A DNA stretch of 64,000 nucleotides from NCBI GenBank assembly GCA_038087875.1, contig JAXLNO010000110.1, forward strand, positions 248,001 to 312,000, in the 5' to 3' direction. Shown in pieces: positions 16,530 through 27,825 of the stretch. This DNA is from Malacoraja senta. Taxonomy: Eukaryota. The stretch's first letter is position 1. The number at the start of each line of letters is the position of its first letter. The notes beneath the pieces are model-generated. The model was given only the letters and a program-made list of their open reading frames with translations, made no database searches and had not been told where the DNA came from. The translations under genes and the position numbers were made by a program.

Positions 16530-17175
16530 ATCTCTTGATTAGCTGAGCAGCTGGGCTAAGGAATGGCTGATAGGGTTTAATACAGATGAATGAGAGGTGC
16601 TGCATTTTGTGAAGTCAAACAGGGTAGGACCTTCACAGTGAACGGCAGGGTTCTGGGGAGTGTTGTAGAGCAGGGGGTTTTGGAGTGCAGGTACATAGTT
16701 CCCTGAAAGGTAAATGGGAAATGTTGTCAAGCTGGAAAGGGTGCAGAGAAAATTGATGAGAATGTTACCAGGACTCGAGGGACTGAGCCGCAGGGACAGG
16801 TTGAGCAGGCTAGGACTTCATTCCTACGAGTGCTGGAGGATGAGCGGTGATGTTATAAAGGTGAAGAGAATCATGAGGGGAACAGATAATATAAGAATAT
16901 TTTACCAGGAATCAAGAACCAGAGGACATAGGTTTAAGGTGAGAGGGGAACGATTTAAGAGGAACTAGAGGTGCAATTTTTTCACATCAGAGGGTGGTTG
17001 GTGTATGGAACGAGTTGCCAGAGGAGGTAGTTGAGACTACTATAACAACATTTAAAAACATTTGGACAGGTACACGGATAGGAAAGGTTTAGAGGGATAT
17101 GGGCCAGTGTAAATGGGACATCTTGGTTGGCTGGGCAAGTTGGGCCGAAGGGTCTGTTTCGGTGCTGTGTGATTG
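16530..17175 (+). mobile_element. Older CR1 LINE 3' fragment
   Basis: KLERVQRK...ESRTRGHRFKVRG in ORF 16714..16968. Confidence 0.8.
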
Positions 17176-17619
17176 CTGACGTTAACAACATTTCAGGAAC
17201 AATCGTCGGCTTGGAACCACTTTAGAAGATTCACAAATTGGCAAGAGACCAACAGAAAAGCCCGCTTTTCTTCTTTATCATGCCTCGGGTGGAAATAAAT
17301 CTTAAAATAGTTCCTTTGCACACACTAAGGCGTGTGTTTTGGAACTGTGACAAAACTTTGAGCAGATGTTAATCGAGGGTAATGTGGGCTTATATGTTCC
17401 AGCTGAAAACACAGCTTGGATGGATCCATCAGACCAGGCCCCGGCAACCATTTTAGAGACTGGCAGCCATTTTGGAGACTGGTAACCATCTTACAACCAG
17501 TGGCAGCCATGTTGGAGATACTGGCATCCATTTTATGGGACATAAGGGCCTATTTGAAGACCAACAACAATCTGACACCATTTTGTAAAAGCCAGCAGCT
17601 AAAACAGTGGTTGCAGCTC

Positions 17620-18305
17620 ATAGAGTTATAGAGCGATACAGCATGGAAACAGGCCCTTCAGCCCAACCTGCCAACACTGCCCAACATGTCCCAGCTACAC
17701 TAGTCCCACCTGCCTGCTTTTGGCCCATATCCCTCCAAACCTGTCCTATCCATGTACCTGTCTAACTGTTTCTTAAACCTCCTCTGGCAGCTTGTTCCAT
17801 ACACCCACAACCCTTTGTGTGATAAATGTACCCCTCAGACCTCTACTAAATCTTTTCCCCATTACCTTAAACCTATGTCCTCTGGTCCTCGATTCGCCTA
17901 CTCTGGGCAAGGGACTCTGTGCGTCTACCTGATCTATTCCTCTGATGATTTTGTACTCCTCTATAAGATCACCCCTCAAGGAATAGAGTCCCAGCCTGCT
18001 CAACCTCTCACTGCAGCTCAGACCCTCTAGTCCTGGCAACATCCTTGTAAATCTTCTCTGTGCCCTATCCCGCATGACAACATTTTTCCTATAACGTGGT
18101 GCCCAGAATTGAACGCAATACTCTAAATGCAATCTCACCAACGTCTTATACAACTGCAACATGACCTCCCAACTTCTATACACAATATTAATGAATGTGC
18201 CAAAAGCCTTTTTGACCGCCCTATCTACCTGCGACTCCACCTTCAAGGAACCATGCACCTGTACTCCTAGATCCTTCTGCTCTACAACACTCCTCAGAGG
18301 CCTAC
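17620..18305 (-). mobile_element. CR1 LINE 3' part (continues at 21640-22100)
   Basis: GRPLRSVVEQKDLGVQVH...RLHLEYCVQFWAP in ORF 17773..18348. Confidence 0.9.
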
Positions 18306-18487
18306 CAGGGCTGCCAACTCTCACGCATTGAGCGTGAGAATCAGGCATTTCGACGAATTCTCACGCTCTCAGCCTGATCACAAATTTCTCACGCTCTGTC
18401 GTGAGAAATTCTGTGATCAACGAAAATTTTAAAATGCATATCAACTGCATGGGCCGCGGGCGTTGGAAAGCCGGGGCTGAGGGAGGG

Positions 18488-18758
18488 ATGGAAGCACAAG
18501 CAGCAGCGGAGACGGAAGCGGACGGGGAGCCGGGGCTGGCGAGTGTTTGCCGGGCTGGCGAGTGTTTGCCGGGCTGGCGAGTCGCTCGCTGCAGCTCCGG
18601 CCATGGAACAGCCTCAGTGCAAGAGTCCCGGGCCGTCGGAGGTGTCGGAAGCGTTGCGCCGCTGCCATGAGAAACTCAGCGTCGAATTCGCCCAGGTGAC
18701 TGGCATGGATCAGGCTGCGGCTCGGTGCATCCTGGAGGACAACCAGTGGCTGCTGGAA
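18488..18758 (+). pseudogene. TDP2: Captured exon 1 of a TDP2-like gene (N-terminal UBA-like segment), with splice donor
   Basis: RRCHEKLSVEFAQVTGMDQAAARCILEDNQWLLE resembles the TDP2 N-terminus as I recall it (LCVEFASVASCDAAVAQCFLAENDWEME) and ends at a GTAAGT donor (18759-18764); GC-rich; no later TDP2 exons seen; a 19-bp duplication breaks the frame from ATG 18488. Confidence 0.7.
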
Positions 18759-18861
18759 GTAAGTACCAAGCACTGAGTAGAAACGGTGGAAGATAGTAGC
18801 CTTCCAATGGGGGTGGTTGGAGAAAGCATCCTGCTTGCCTGCTAGATTTTCACTTACTGTA

Positions 18862-19205
18862 ACTGCAGGAATAATGTTCCCAATGTTGGGGGAGTTCACA
18901 ACCAGGGGTCACAGTTTAAGAATAAAGGGTAGGCCATTTAGGACTGAGATGAGGACAAACTTTCTGCACGCAGAAAGTTGTGAATCTGTGGAATTCTCTG
19001 CCACAGAAGGCAGTGCAGGCCAATTCACTGGATGTTTTCAAGAGAGACTTACATTTAGCTCTTGGGGCTAGTGAAATCAAGGGATATGGGGAAAAAACAG
19101 GAAAGAGGTACTGATTTTAGATGAAAAGCCATGATCATATTGAATGGCAGTGCTGGCTCGAAGGGCCGAATGGCCTATTCCTGTACCTATTTTCTATGTT
19201 TCTAT
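18862..19205 (+). mobile_element. CR1 3' fragment inside the Pack element
   Basis: MFPMLGE...RGHSLRIKGRPF plus CR1 tail. Confidence 0.85.
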
Positions 19206-21639
19206 GCTTGAGTATATGGCAATAAAACTCAACCACTTGATTTTGAAGCATTCATGCATGGTGGAGGTATATTGTAGTCATAGATTGATACAGTATGAAA
19301 ACAGGCCCTTCGGCCCAACTTGCCCACACCTGCCAACTTGTCCCAGCTACGCTACCTGCTTTTGGTCCATACCTCCAAACCTGCCCTATCCATGTATCAG
19401 TCTAACTGTTTCTTAAATGTTGGGATAGTCCCTGCCTCAACTACCTCCTCTGGCAGCTTGTTCCATACACCCACCATCCTTTGTGTGGAAAAAGTTACCC
19501 CTTAAAAAGTAACCTCTTCAAAATACTACAAACAAAAAACATTGAAATCATACTTCTACAATGCACTAAAACATGATTTTAATACATCAAATTTCAAAAA
19601 GTCCCTACCGTGGGAGGGGAGACACCCCCCTCCCACACCCTCTCTCCACTCGGTTGCTCCACTCCCTCACCGGGTACCCCCAAGGCCAGTGACCAGTGAC
19701 GCTCAGCCCCCCCCCCCCCCCCCCCACTTTCAAAAACTCTCCGTGGCCTCTGGTTCAGACGGAGAACACTGCCAGATGTGAGCGGGGAACTGAGGACAGT
19801 TGTGTTTCGGAGTTGACTAATGTTATTGATTTGTAATTAGCCTGATTTGTAATTAGTTGACAAAACCTTAATTTACTAATCCGGAATATCCAGGGGGATG
19901 GGATAAGTATAATATTAAAAATGACATGCAAGGTGTCAAGCTGTCTGCCACAACCTACAGTCCTGATATCCCATTAATTCCTTCAGTTATATATTGGGCA
20001 GGTAGTACTATTGTCATTTGCCATTCAAGTATTATGTTTGTTTACCTCACTGACTATTTCTAAACCCCCCCTCAAATTCCTTTGACAGGTTGAATAGAAA
20101 TGTCCCTAATCTTGTTGTTTTATTAATTGAACACGTAGATGAACATCCTCATGGAGTGTAATCAGATGGAAACTGATTCAGATGCGATGTTTCAGAGCTT
20201 GTTCAAAGAAGGGGCATATTATAAAGGAGTGACAGAGATACTTGCTGGGGAATGTGTGAGGAGGTTATTATTTGTCTTTAGTTTTAGCTTGCACGAGGAC
20301 ATCTGAAGATTCAAAGTTTAATATAGTAATTGTGCTGATACTGACTCCAGCCAACCACGTATTGAATATCATCCATTCCGGAGGTTTTAATTTTCTGATG
20401 CCATTTAAACTTCACTTGCATTTCAATCACTCCAATGTAAAAGTAATTGGAAATGGGGAGCAATGGAACAAAAATTTGCCCTCGGTACATATTAACTGTA
20501 ATATAATAATGTATGCATGTTGGTAGGTGCAATAAAAACCAAGATATGTTTATCATTGCGTTATGAATACCACAGAAAATATTATGTACTCCCAAGATCA
20601 CATTTAATAGAATAATATTGCTTAAATATATAGTTATTGGACTTTGCATTTCGGAAAAGTCCCAGCAGAGAGGAAGACAGCAAAATACTGAAAATATTGA
20701 GGGTGAAAATGATTTCAGGACAGTTTGTTAGGAAAATAAAGGAAATTGTAACAGAATACTTATACAACTGAGTGAGTATAATTTTATGGATGAGAAATTG
20801 TGTTCAACCAATTGATGACTTCTTTGACAAAGTAACTAGCATGTTAGATAACAAGGAAGCCAATGGGTGTGGCAAATTTTGTTACACAAAATTTGGTCTG
20901 TGAAGTGCCCCATAAAATAATACCGCATTAGATAAGCACCTGTGGACTTGAACGCAATAGGTTAAGTCCAGGGGGTCAGATATGGGGCTTTATGTGTGGG
21001 CCAGATATATTGTCAGTGCAGAGGGGCTAGGAGCAAGGCCAAGTGTGCATCCAGAGTCAAGGTCTGGAATAGTACTAGGTGTGCAGTCAAAGCTGGGACA
21101 ATGGGAGTGTTCAGCACTGGGAACCTAAGCAGGTAAGCAGCTATGATCAGGGTAGTAAAGGGGGCCAGGTGTAAGGCTGGACTCAGGGTCAGGAATGAGA
21201 GAAGGTACGCAACTGGAGTCAGGGTCAGGAGTCGTACCAGGTGTGCAGTGAGACCCAGGTTGGTCAACATGGGCCAAGTGTTTGATTATAATCTGATTTC
21301 CATACATTAATACACTGAAATCATTCATGTGCTGCACCTGTTGATCAGAGCCTGGGCTCTACTGTGGAATGTAATAAGGAATGTAATTTAGTCTAACCTT
21401 ATTCATAGCTAATCCAATTTAAAGCATAAATATTGCAATCAAGTGTACGTTAAAAGACTCGCTACAGTATGCACCAGATTGCACAATTTCAAGCTGAAAA
21501 ATGCAAAAGCTCTGTACCAATGGGAGGGGGGACACCCTCCTCCAACAACCTACCCCCCCCCCCCCCGGTCGCTACGCTCCCTTGGGCTTGGTCTCTCACA
21601 ATTTCTCACTCCCCACTCTCACCAATGTTGGCAGCCCTG

Positions 21640-22100
21640 GGCCTACCATTCACTGTGTATGTCCTGCCCTTGTTAGACGTCCCAAAATGCAACACCTCAA
21701 ACTTCTCTGTATTAAATTCCATCAACCATTCCTTCACCAACCTGGCCAATCGATCCAGATCCTGCTGCAATCTTTCACAACCATCTTCACTATCTGCAAA
21801 ACCACCCACTTTTGTATCATCAGCAAATTTGCTAATCTTGCCCTGTATGTTCTCATCCAAATCATTGATGTAGATGACAAACAGTAACGGGCCCAGCACC
21901 GAACCCTGAGGCCCACCACAAGTCACAGGCCTCCAGTCCGAGAAGCAACCTTCCACCATCACCCTCTGCTTCCTTCCATGAAGCCAATTTACTATCCATT
22001 CAGCTATCTCTCCTTGGTTCCCATGCGATCTAACCTTCCAGAGCAGCCTACCATGTGGAACCTTGTTGAATGCTTTGCTGAAGTCCATGTACACAACAAC
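21640..22100 (-). mobile_element. CR1 RT segment, 5' continuation of 17620-18305
   Basis: YMDFSKAFNKVPH, PQGSVLGPLLF, KFADDTK, ending in RTYTVNGRP at the TIR. Confidence 0.9.
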
Positions 22101-22148
22101 TACAGCTCATTCCAATTCTCCAACACACTCGCACAGACCAAGGGCCAA

Positions 22149-22445
22149 GGGCGGCACAGTGGCGCAGCGGGTAGAGTCGCTGCCTCAAAGAACCAGAGTC
22201 CCAGGTTCGATCCTGACCTCAGGTGTTGTCTCTGAAGTTTGCAAGTTCTCCCCGTGACCGCGTGGGTTTCCACCGGGTGCTTTGGTTTCCTCCCACGTCC
22301 CAAAGACGCGCCCGTGCAGGTTTGTGAGTCGATCGGCCCCCTCTGTAAATTGCCCCCAAGTGTGTAGGGAGTAGAAGACAGACTGGGATAATGTAGAACT
22401 AGTGTGTGAACTGGTGATCTCTGGCCATCATGGACTCACTTGGTC
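22149..22445 (+). mobile_element. tRNA-derived SINE (HE1/V-SINE-like)
   Basis: A box TGGCGCAGCGGG, B box GGTTCGATCC, central TTCTCCCCGTGACCGCGTGGGTTTCC domain. Confidence 0.85.
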
Positions 22446-22454
22446 TAGTGGCTC

Positions 22455-24725
22455 TTAGTTATGATTAGTTCTAATCTGCAATTTGAGAAGGAGAAGGTTA
22501 AATCAGAAGTGTCAGTGATGCAGTTGAACAAAGGGGACTATGAAGGCATGAGAGAGGAGCTGGCCAAGGTAGACTGGAAAGGGATCCTAGCAGGAATGAT
22601 GGTGGAACAGCAATGGCAGGAATTTCTGGGCATAATCCGGAAGACACAGGATCATTTCATTCCAAAAAGGAAGAAATATTCTAAGGGGAGTAGGAGGCAA
22701 CCGTGGCTGACAAGAGAAGTTAGGGATAGAATAAAACTAAAAGAAAAGATGTATAACACGGCAAAGAGTAGCCAGAAGCCAGAGGATTGGGAAACGTTCA
22801 TAGGACAACAGAAGGAAACAAAACGGGCAATACGGGCTGAAAAGATGAAGTATGAGGGGAAGCTGGCCAGGAATATAAAGAAGGACAGTAAAAGCTTCTT
22901 TAGATATGTTAAGGGAAAAAGAGTAGCAAAGTCAAATGTGGGTCCCTTGAAGGCAGACACGGGTGAAATTATTATGGGCAACAAGGAAATGGCAGAAGAG
23001 TTGAATAGGCACTTCGGATCTGTCTTCACTAAGAAAGACACAAACAATCTCCCAGATGTACTGGAGGACAGAGGATCTAAGGGGGTAGAGGAACTGAAAG
23101 AAATTTTCATTAGGCGAGAAATAGTATTGGGTAGGCTAATGGGACTGAAGGATGATAAATCCCCTGGGCCTGATGGTCTGCATCCCAGGGTCCTCAGGGA
23201 GGTGGCTCTAGAAATAGTGGACGCATTGGTGATCATTTTCCAATGTTCAATAGATTCAGGATCAGTTCCTGTGGATTGGAGGATAGCTAATGTTATCCCA
23301 CTTTTCAAGAAAGGAGCGAGAGAGAAAACGGGGAATTACAGACCAGTTAGCCTGACTTCGCTGGTGGGAAAGATGCTGGAGTCAATTATTAAAGAGGTAA
23401 TAATGGGGCATTTGGATAGCAGTAAAAGGATTAGTCCAAGTCAACATGGATTTATGAAAGGGAAATCTTGCTTGACTAATCTTCTGGAATTTTTTGAGGA
23501 TGTGACAAGTAAAATGGATGAAGGGGAGCCAGTGGATGTAGTGTATCTAGACTTTCAGAAAGCCTTTGACACGGGAGACTGGTGACTAAAATTAGAGCAC
23601 ATGGTATTGGGGGTAGGGTGTTGACGTGGATAGAAAATTGGTTGGCAGACAGGAAGCAAAGAGTAGGAGTGAACGGGTCCTTTTCAGAATGGCAGGCAGT
23701 GGCGAGTGGAGTGCCGCAAGGCTCGGTGTTGGGGCCGCAACTGTTTACCATATATATTCATGATTTGGAAGAGGGAATTAGGAGCAACACTAGCAGGTTT
23801 GCAGATGACACAAAGCTGGGTGGCAGTGTGAACTGTGAAGAGTATGTCAGGAGGTTGCAGGGTGACCTGGACAGGTTGAGTGAGTGGGCAGATGCATGGC
23901 AGATGCAGTATAATATAGATAAATGTGAGGTTATCCACTTTGGCGGCAAAAACAAGGGGGCAGATTATTATCTCAATGGGGTTAGGCTAGGTAAGGGGGA
24001 GGTACAGCGAGACCTGGGTGTCCTTGTACACCAGTCACTGAAAGTTGGCGTGCAGGTACAGCAGGCAGTGAAGAAAGCTAATGGAATGTTGGCCTTCATA
24101 ACAAGAGGATTTCATTATAGGAGTAAAGAGGTTCTTCTGCAGTTGTATAGAGCTCTGGTAAGACCACATCTGGAGTATTGCGTACAGTTTTGGTCTCCTA
24201 ATTTGAGGAAGGACATTCTTGTGATTGAGGCAGTGCAGCGTAGGTTCACAAGATTGATCCCATGGATGGCGGGACTGTCATATGAGGAAAGATTGAAAAG
24301 ACTAGGCTTGTATTCACTGGAGTTTAGAAGGATGAGGGATATCTTATAGAAACATATAAAATTATAAAAGGACTGGACAAGCTAGATGCAGGAATAATGT
24401 TCCCAATGTTGGGTGTGTCCAGAACCAGGGGCCACAGTCTTAGAATAAAGGGGAGGCCATTTAAGACTGAGGTGAGAAAAAAACGTTTTCACCCAGAGAG
24501 TTGTGAATTTGTGGAATTCCCTGCCACAGAGGGCAGTGGAGGCCAAATCACTGGATGGATTTAAGAGAGAGTTAGATAGAGCTCTAGGGGCTAGTGGAAT
24601 CAAGGGATATGGGGAGAAGGCAGGCACAGGTTATTGATTGGGGACGATCAGCCATGATCACAATGAATGGTGGTGCTGGCTCGAAGGGCCGAATGGCCTC
24701 CTCCTGCACTTATTTTCTATGTCTA
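22455..24725 (+). mobile_element. Young CR1 LINE, ORF2 from the end of EN through RT and 3' UTR; a small deletion causes a frameshift near 23570
   Basis: ORFs 22461..23585 and 23582..24349: KSPGPDG, NYRPVSLTS, QHGF, DFQKAFD, GVPQGSVLGP, FADD. Confidence 0.95.
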
Positions 24726-26449
24726 TGTCTAAGTCCTGGCGACATCCTCGCAAATCTTCTCTGCGCCTTTTCCAACTTAACAACGCTGGGTTGAGTTTTG
24801 ATGCTTGGCCTAGATGGAAGGGGTGAAGTTGTTTAGTTTAGAGATACAGCCTGGAAAAAGGCCCTGTAAATGCCCTCCCCCAATGCACCCGTCCCCTACC
24901 CATAGCCCCCACGGGAGGCGTGGTCCTCCAAACTCAACCCGTTGCCGATGGTAAGATTCAAGCACTCCTCAGCAAAGATCCTCCCCCAGCACTGGAGTTG
25001 AAAAAAAAATTGCAATACCAATTGACCCTCCCCCTCTTGTCCTGCCAGGAGCTATGATGGCAACATTGTTGCAAATGTCGGGTGCACTTGCTGTGAGATG
25101 CCATTGAGCTGAAAAGTTCCGTGTTCCTGCCAGTGTTTCTGTCTTGCAACTTTTAATCAAAGTGTGTTGGAAGCTCTGAGGAATGATTTAAAAGTAAAAA
25201 CCATTTTTAATTCAAAGTATTTTAAAACATTTTCAGTAATAAGTCGTGAAATATAGCCTGAAATTTTCAGATAAGTCGTCTTTGGACTCGACGGGAAAAA
25301 TCTCTAACGGAATATGTAAAAAATTTACCGTTAGCGCGTCGTTTTTTTCGAGGCGATATGATTACACATGAACAAACAAATACACACACAAATAAATACA
25401 CCCACATACAAGTTCAGACTTTTAGTAGTTACTAGACCAAGTGCAGACCCGTTAGGTTTGCTTCCCCAATGAACCCGTCCCCTACCCGTAGCCCCCACGG
25501 GAGCAGTAGTCCTCCAACTCAACCCGTTGCTGAAGGTAAGATTCGAGCACTCCTCAGCAAAGATCATAGCTCGTGAGCATCCTCAGCACTGGAGTTGAAA
25601 AAAAAATCCCAATAGCATCTTCCCAATTGCAATACCAATTGACCCTCCTCCTCCTGTCCTGCCAGGAGCTATGATGGCAACATTGTTGTAAATGTGCACT
25701 TGCTGTGAGATGCCACTGAGCTGAAAAGTTTAGAGTGTTCCTGCCAGTGTTCCTGTCTTACAACTTTGTATCGAAGTGTGTTGGAAGCTGTGAGGAATGA
25801 TTTTAACAGGGAAAAACATTTTAAATTCAGTTTTGGCAGATTTTTGAACATTTTAATGAATAACTCGAGAAATAAAACATGTATTTTTCAGATAAGAAGC
25901 TTTTGGACTCCACGCAAAAATCTCTACCGGAATATGTAAAAATGTTACCGTTACTGCGTCGTTTTTTTGAGAACATGTGATTACACACGAACACACAAAT
26001 AAATACATGTCCAAGATCAGAGTTTTAATAGTTACAAGATTGATTCCTGAGATGAAGGGGTTGATGGACAAAGACCTAAATCAAGTTGGTTTTATATGTA
26101 GGAAAGAACTGTTTAAATCGAAGGTAGTAACCCAGCGGGACAGGCAGCATCTCTGCAGAGAACAAATGAGCGGCATTTCAGGTTTGGTCTAAAGAAGGGT
26201 CTCGACCCGAAAAGTCACCTATTCCTTCTCTCCAGAGATGCTGCCTGTCCCGCTGAGCTACTCCAGCAATTTGTGTGTATCTTTGGTGTTATATGTAACT
26301 AGACCAAGGGGGACCCGTTGCGTCCGTCCCTCAATGTGCGGTTGCGGCGGGTATGGGGCGGCCTGCGGTGTCACATACACACTAAACACCCCCCACACAC
26401 ACACACTAACCACCCCCCACAGGCACACAGTAACCACCACCCTTTATAT

Positions 26450-26960
26450 TGGAGAGAAGGGGGGGGAGAGGGGAGGAGGGGAGGGGGTGGAGAGGAGGAG
26501 GGGGTGGAGAGGAGGAGGGAGGAGATGGGGGGGAGAGGAGGAGGAGGGGGGTGAGGAGGAGGGGGGAGGAGGGGGTGGAGAGAAGGAGGAGGGGGGAGAG
26601 GACGAGGGGGGAGAGGAGGGAGAGAGGAGGGGGGAGGAGGAGGAGGAGGGGGGAGAGGATGAGTGGGGAGAGGAGGGGGAGAGGAGTAGGGGGAGAGGAG
26701 TAGGGGGGAGAGGAGGAGGGGGAGAGGAGGGGGAGGAGGGGGGAGAGGAGGGGGGAGAGGAGGAGGAGGGGGGAGAGGAGGAGGAGGAGGGGGGAGAGGA
26801 CGAGGGGGGAGAGGAGGAGGAGGGGGGAGAGAGGAGGGGGGAGAGGAGGAGGAGGAGGGGGGAGAGGATGAGTGGGGAGAGGAGGGCGCGAGGAGTAGGG
26901 GGGAGAGGAGTAGGGGGGAGAGGAGGAGGGGGAGAGGAGGAGGGGGAGAGAGGAGGGAGT
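26450..26960. repeat. GA-rich low-complexity tract (also ~29345-29630, ~30105-30600, ~31055-31680)
   Basis: Nearly pure G/A on the plus strand; forms the interiors of the Helitron-like units. Confidence 0.95.
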
Positions 26961-27567
26961 GGGGAGTGGGCAGCGGGGCGGACATCAACCAAAGGACTGC
27001 GTGTTTAACGGCTTCAATCCAGAGCCGGGATGGGGAGGGTCGGTTCCCGAACGCAATACTCCCTCGCTCCAGGCTGCAGGCTCCAGGCACAGGGAGAGAG
27101 CAGAGACAGGGAGAGGGGAGCTTGCTGCCTTTTGGAGCTGGGGTTTCCGATTTGCGGCGTCTGTTTGAGACAGGGAGAGGGCAGCGACAGGGAGAGGGAT
27201 GTGGGTGGACGTGGACTCGCGAGAGGCGGGCGGGAAGGCGGTTATGGACCCGAGGATTTTACCGTTAGAGCGTCGTTTTTTCGAGCAGATGTGATTACAC
27301 ACACACACATACACACATACATCCAAGTTTTAATAGTTACTGGACCAAGGGGCCCCGTTGGATCCTTCCCCTCAAAGCATGGTTGCGGTGGGGGGAGGGA
27401 GGTGGCCTGCAGCGTCACACGTCACACTAAACACGCCCCCCTTGATATTATATTAATATTATTCATTGGCTCATTATTCATTGGGAGAAAGAGGGGGAGA
27501 GAGAGGGGGGGAGAGGGGAGCGGGGCGGGCAGTGAGCGGAAGGGGCGAGAGCGAGCGGAACGGGCGT

Positions 27568-27767
27568 NNNNNNNNNNNNNNNNNNNNNNNNNNNNNNNNN
27601 NNNNNNNNNNNNNNNNNNNNNNNNNNNNNNNNNNNNNNNNNNNNNNNNNNNNNNNNNNNNNNNNNNNNNNNNNNNNNNNNNNNNNNNNNNNNNNNNNNNN
27701 NNNNNNNNNNNNNNNNNNNNNNNNNNNNNNNNNNNNNNNNNNNNNNNNNNNNNNNNNNNNNNNNNNN
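27568..27767. other. Assembly gap (200 N)
   Basis: Run of N. Confidence 1.
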
Positions 27768-27825
27768 TTATTAATTCGCTCCTTTTACCCCATCCCCCGC
27801 CCTACCCACTCACGCATAGCCCCCA

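Larger units (their letters stand above)
18306..21639. mobile_element. hAT-type TIR element carrying a captured host gene fragment (Pack-TIR-like)
   Basis: Perfect 13-bp TIRs CAGGGCTGCCAAC / GTTGGCAGCCCTG; TCTCAC subterminal repeats at both ends; GGCCTAC duplicated on the flanks; splits one CR1 ORF2 (TYTVNGRP|LRSVVEQKDLGV). Confidence 0.88.

Noticed and set aside
20100..20760. Candidate TDP2 exon 2/3 downstream of the captured exon
   Set aside because: No RALNSYF-like or WNIDGLD-like translation found; the short ORFs show no resemblance to TDP2.
22149..22225. tRNA gene
   Set aside because: A/B boxes run directly into a SINE body; no convincing cloverleaf or terminator.
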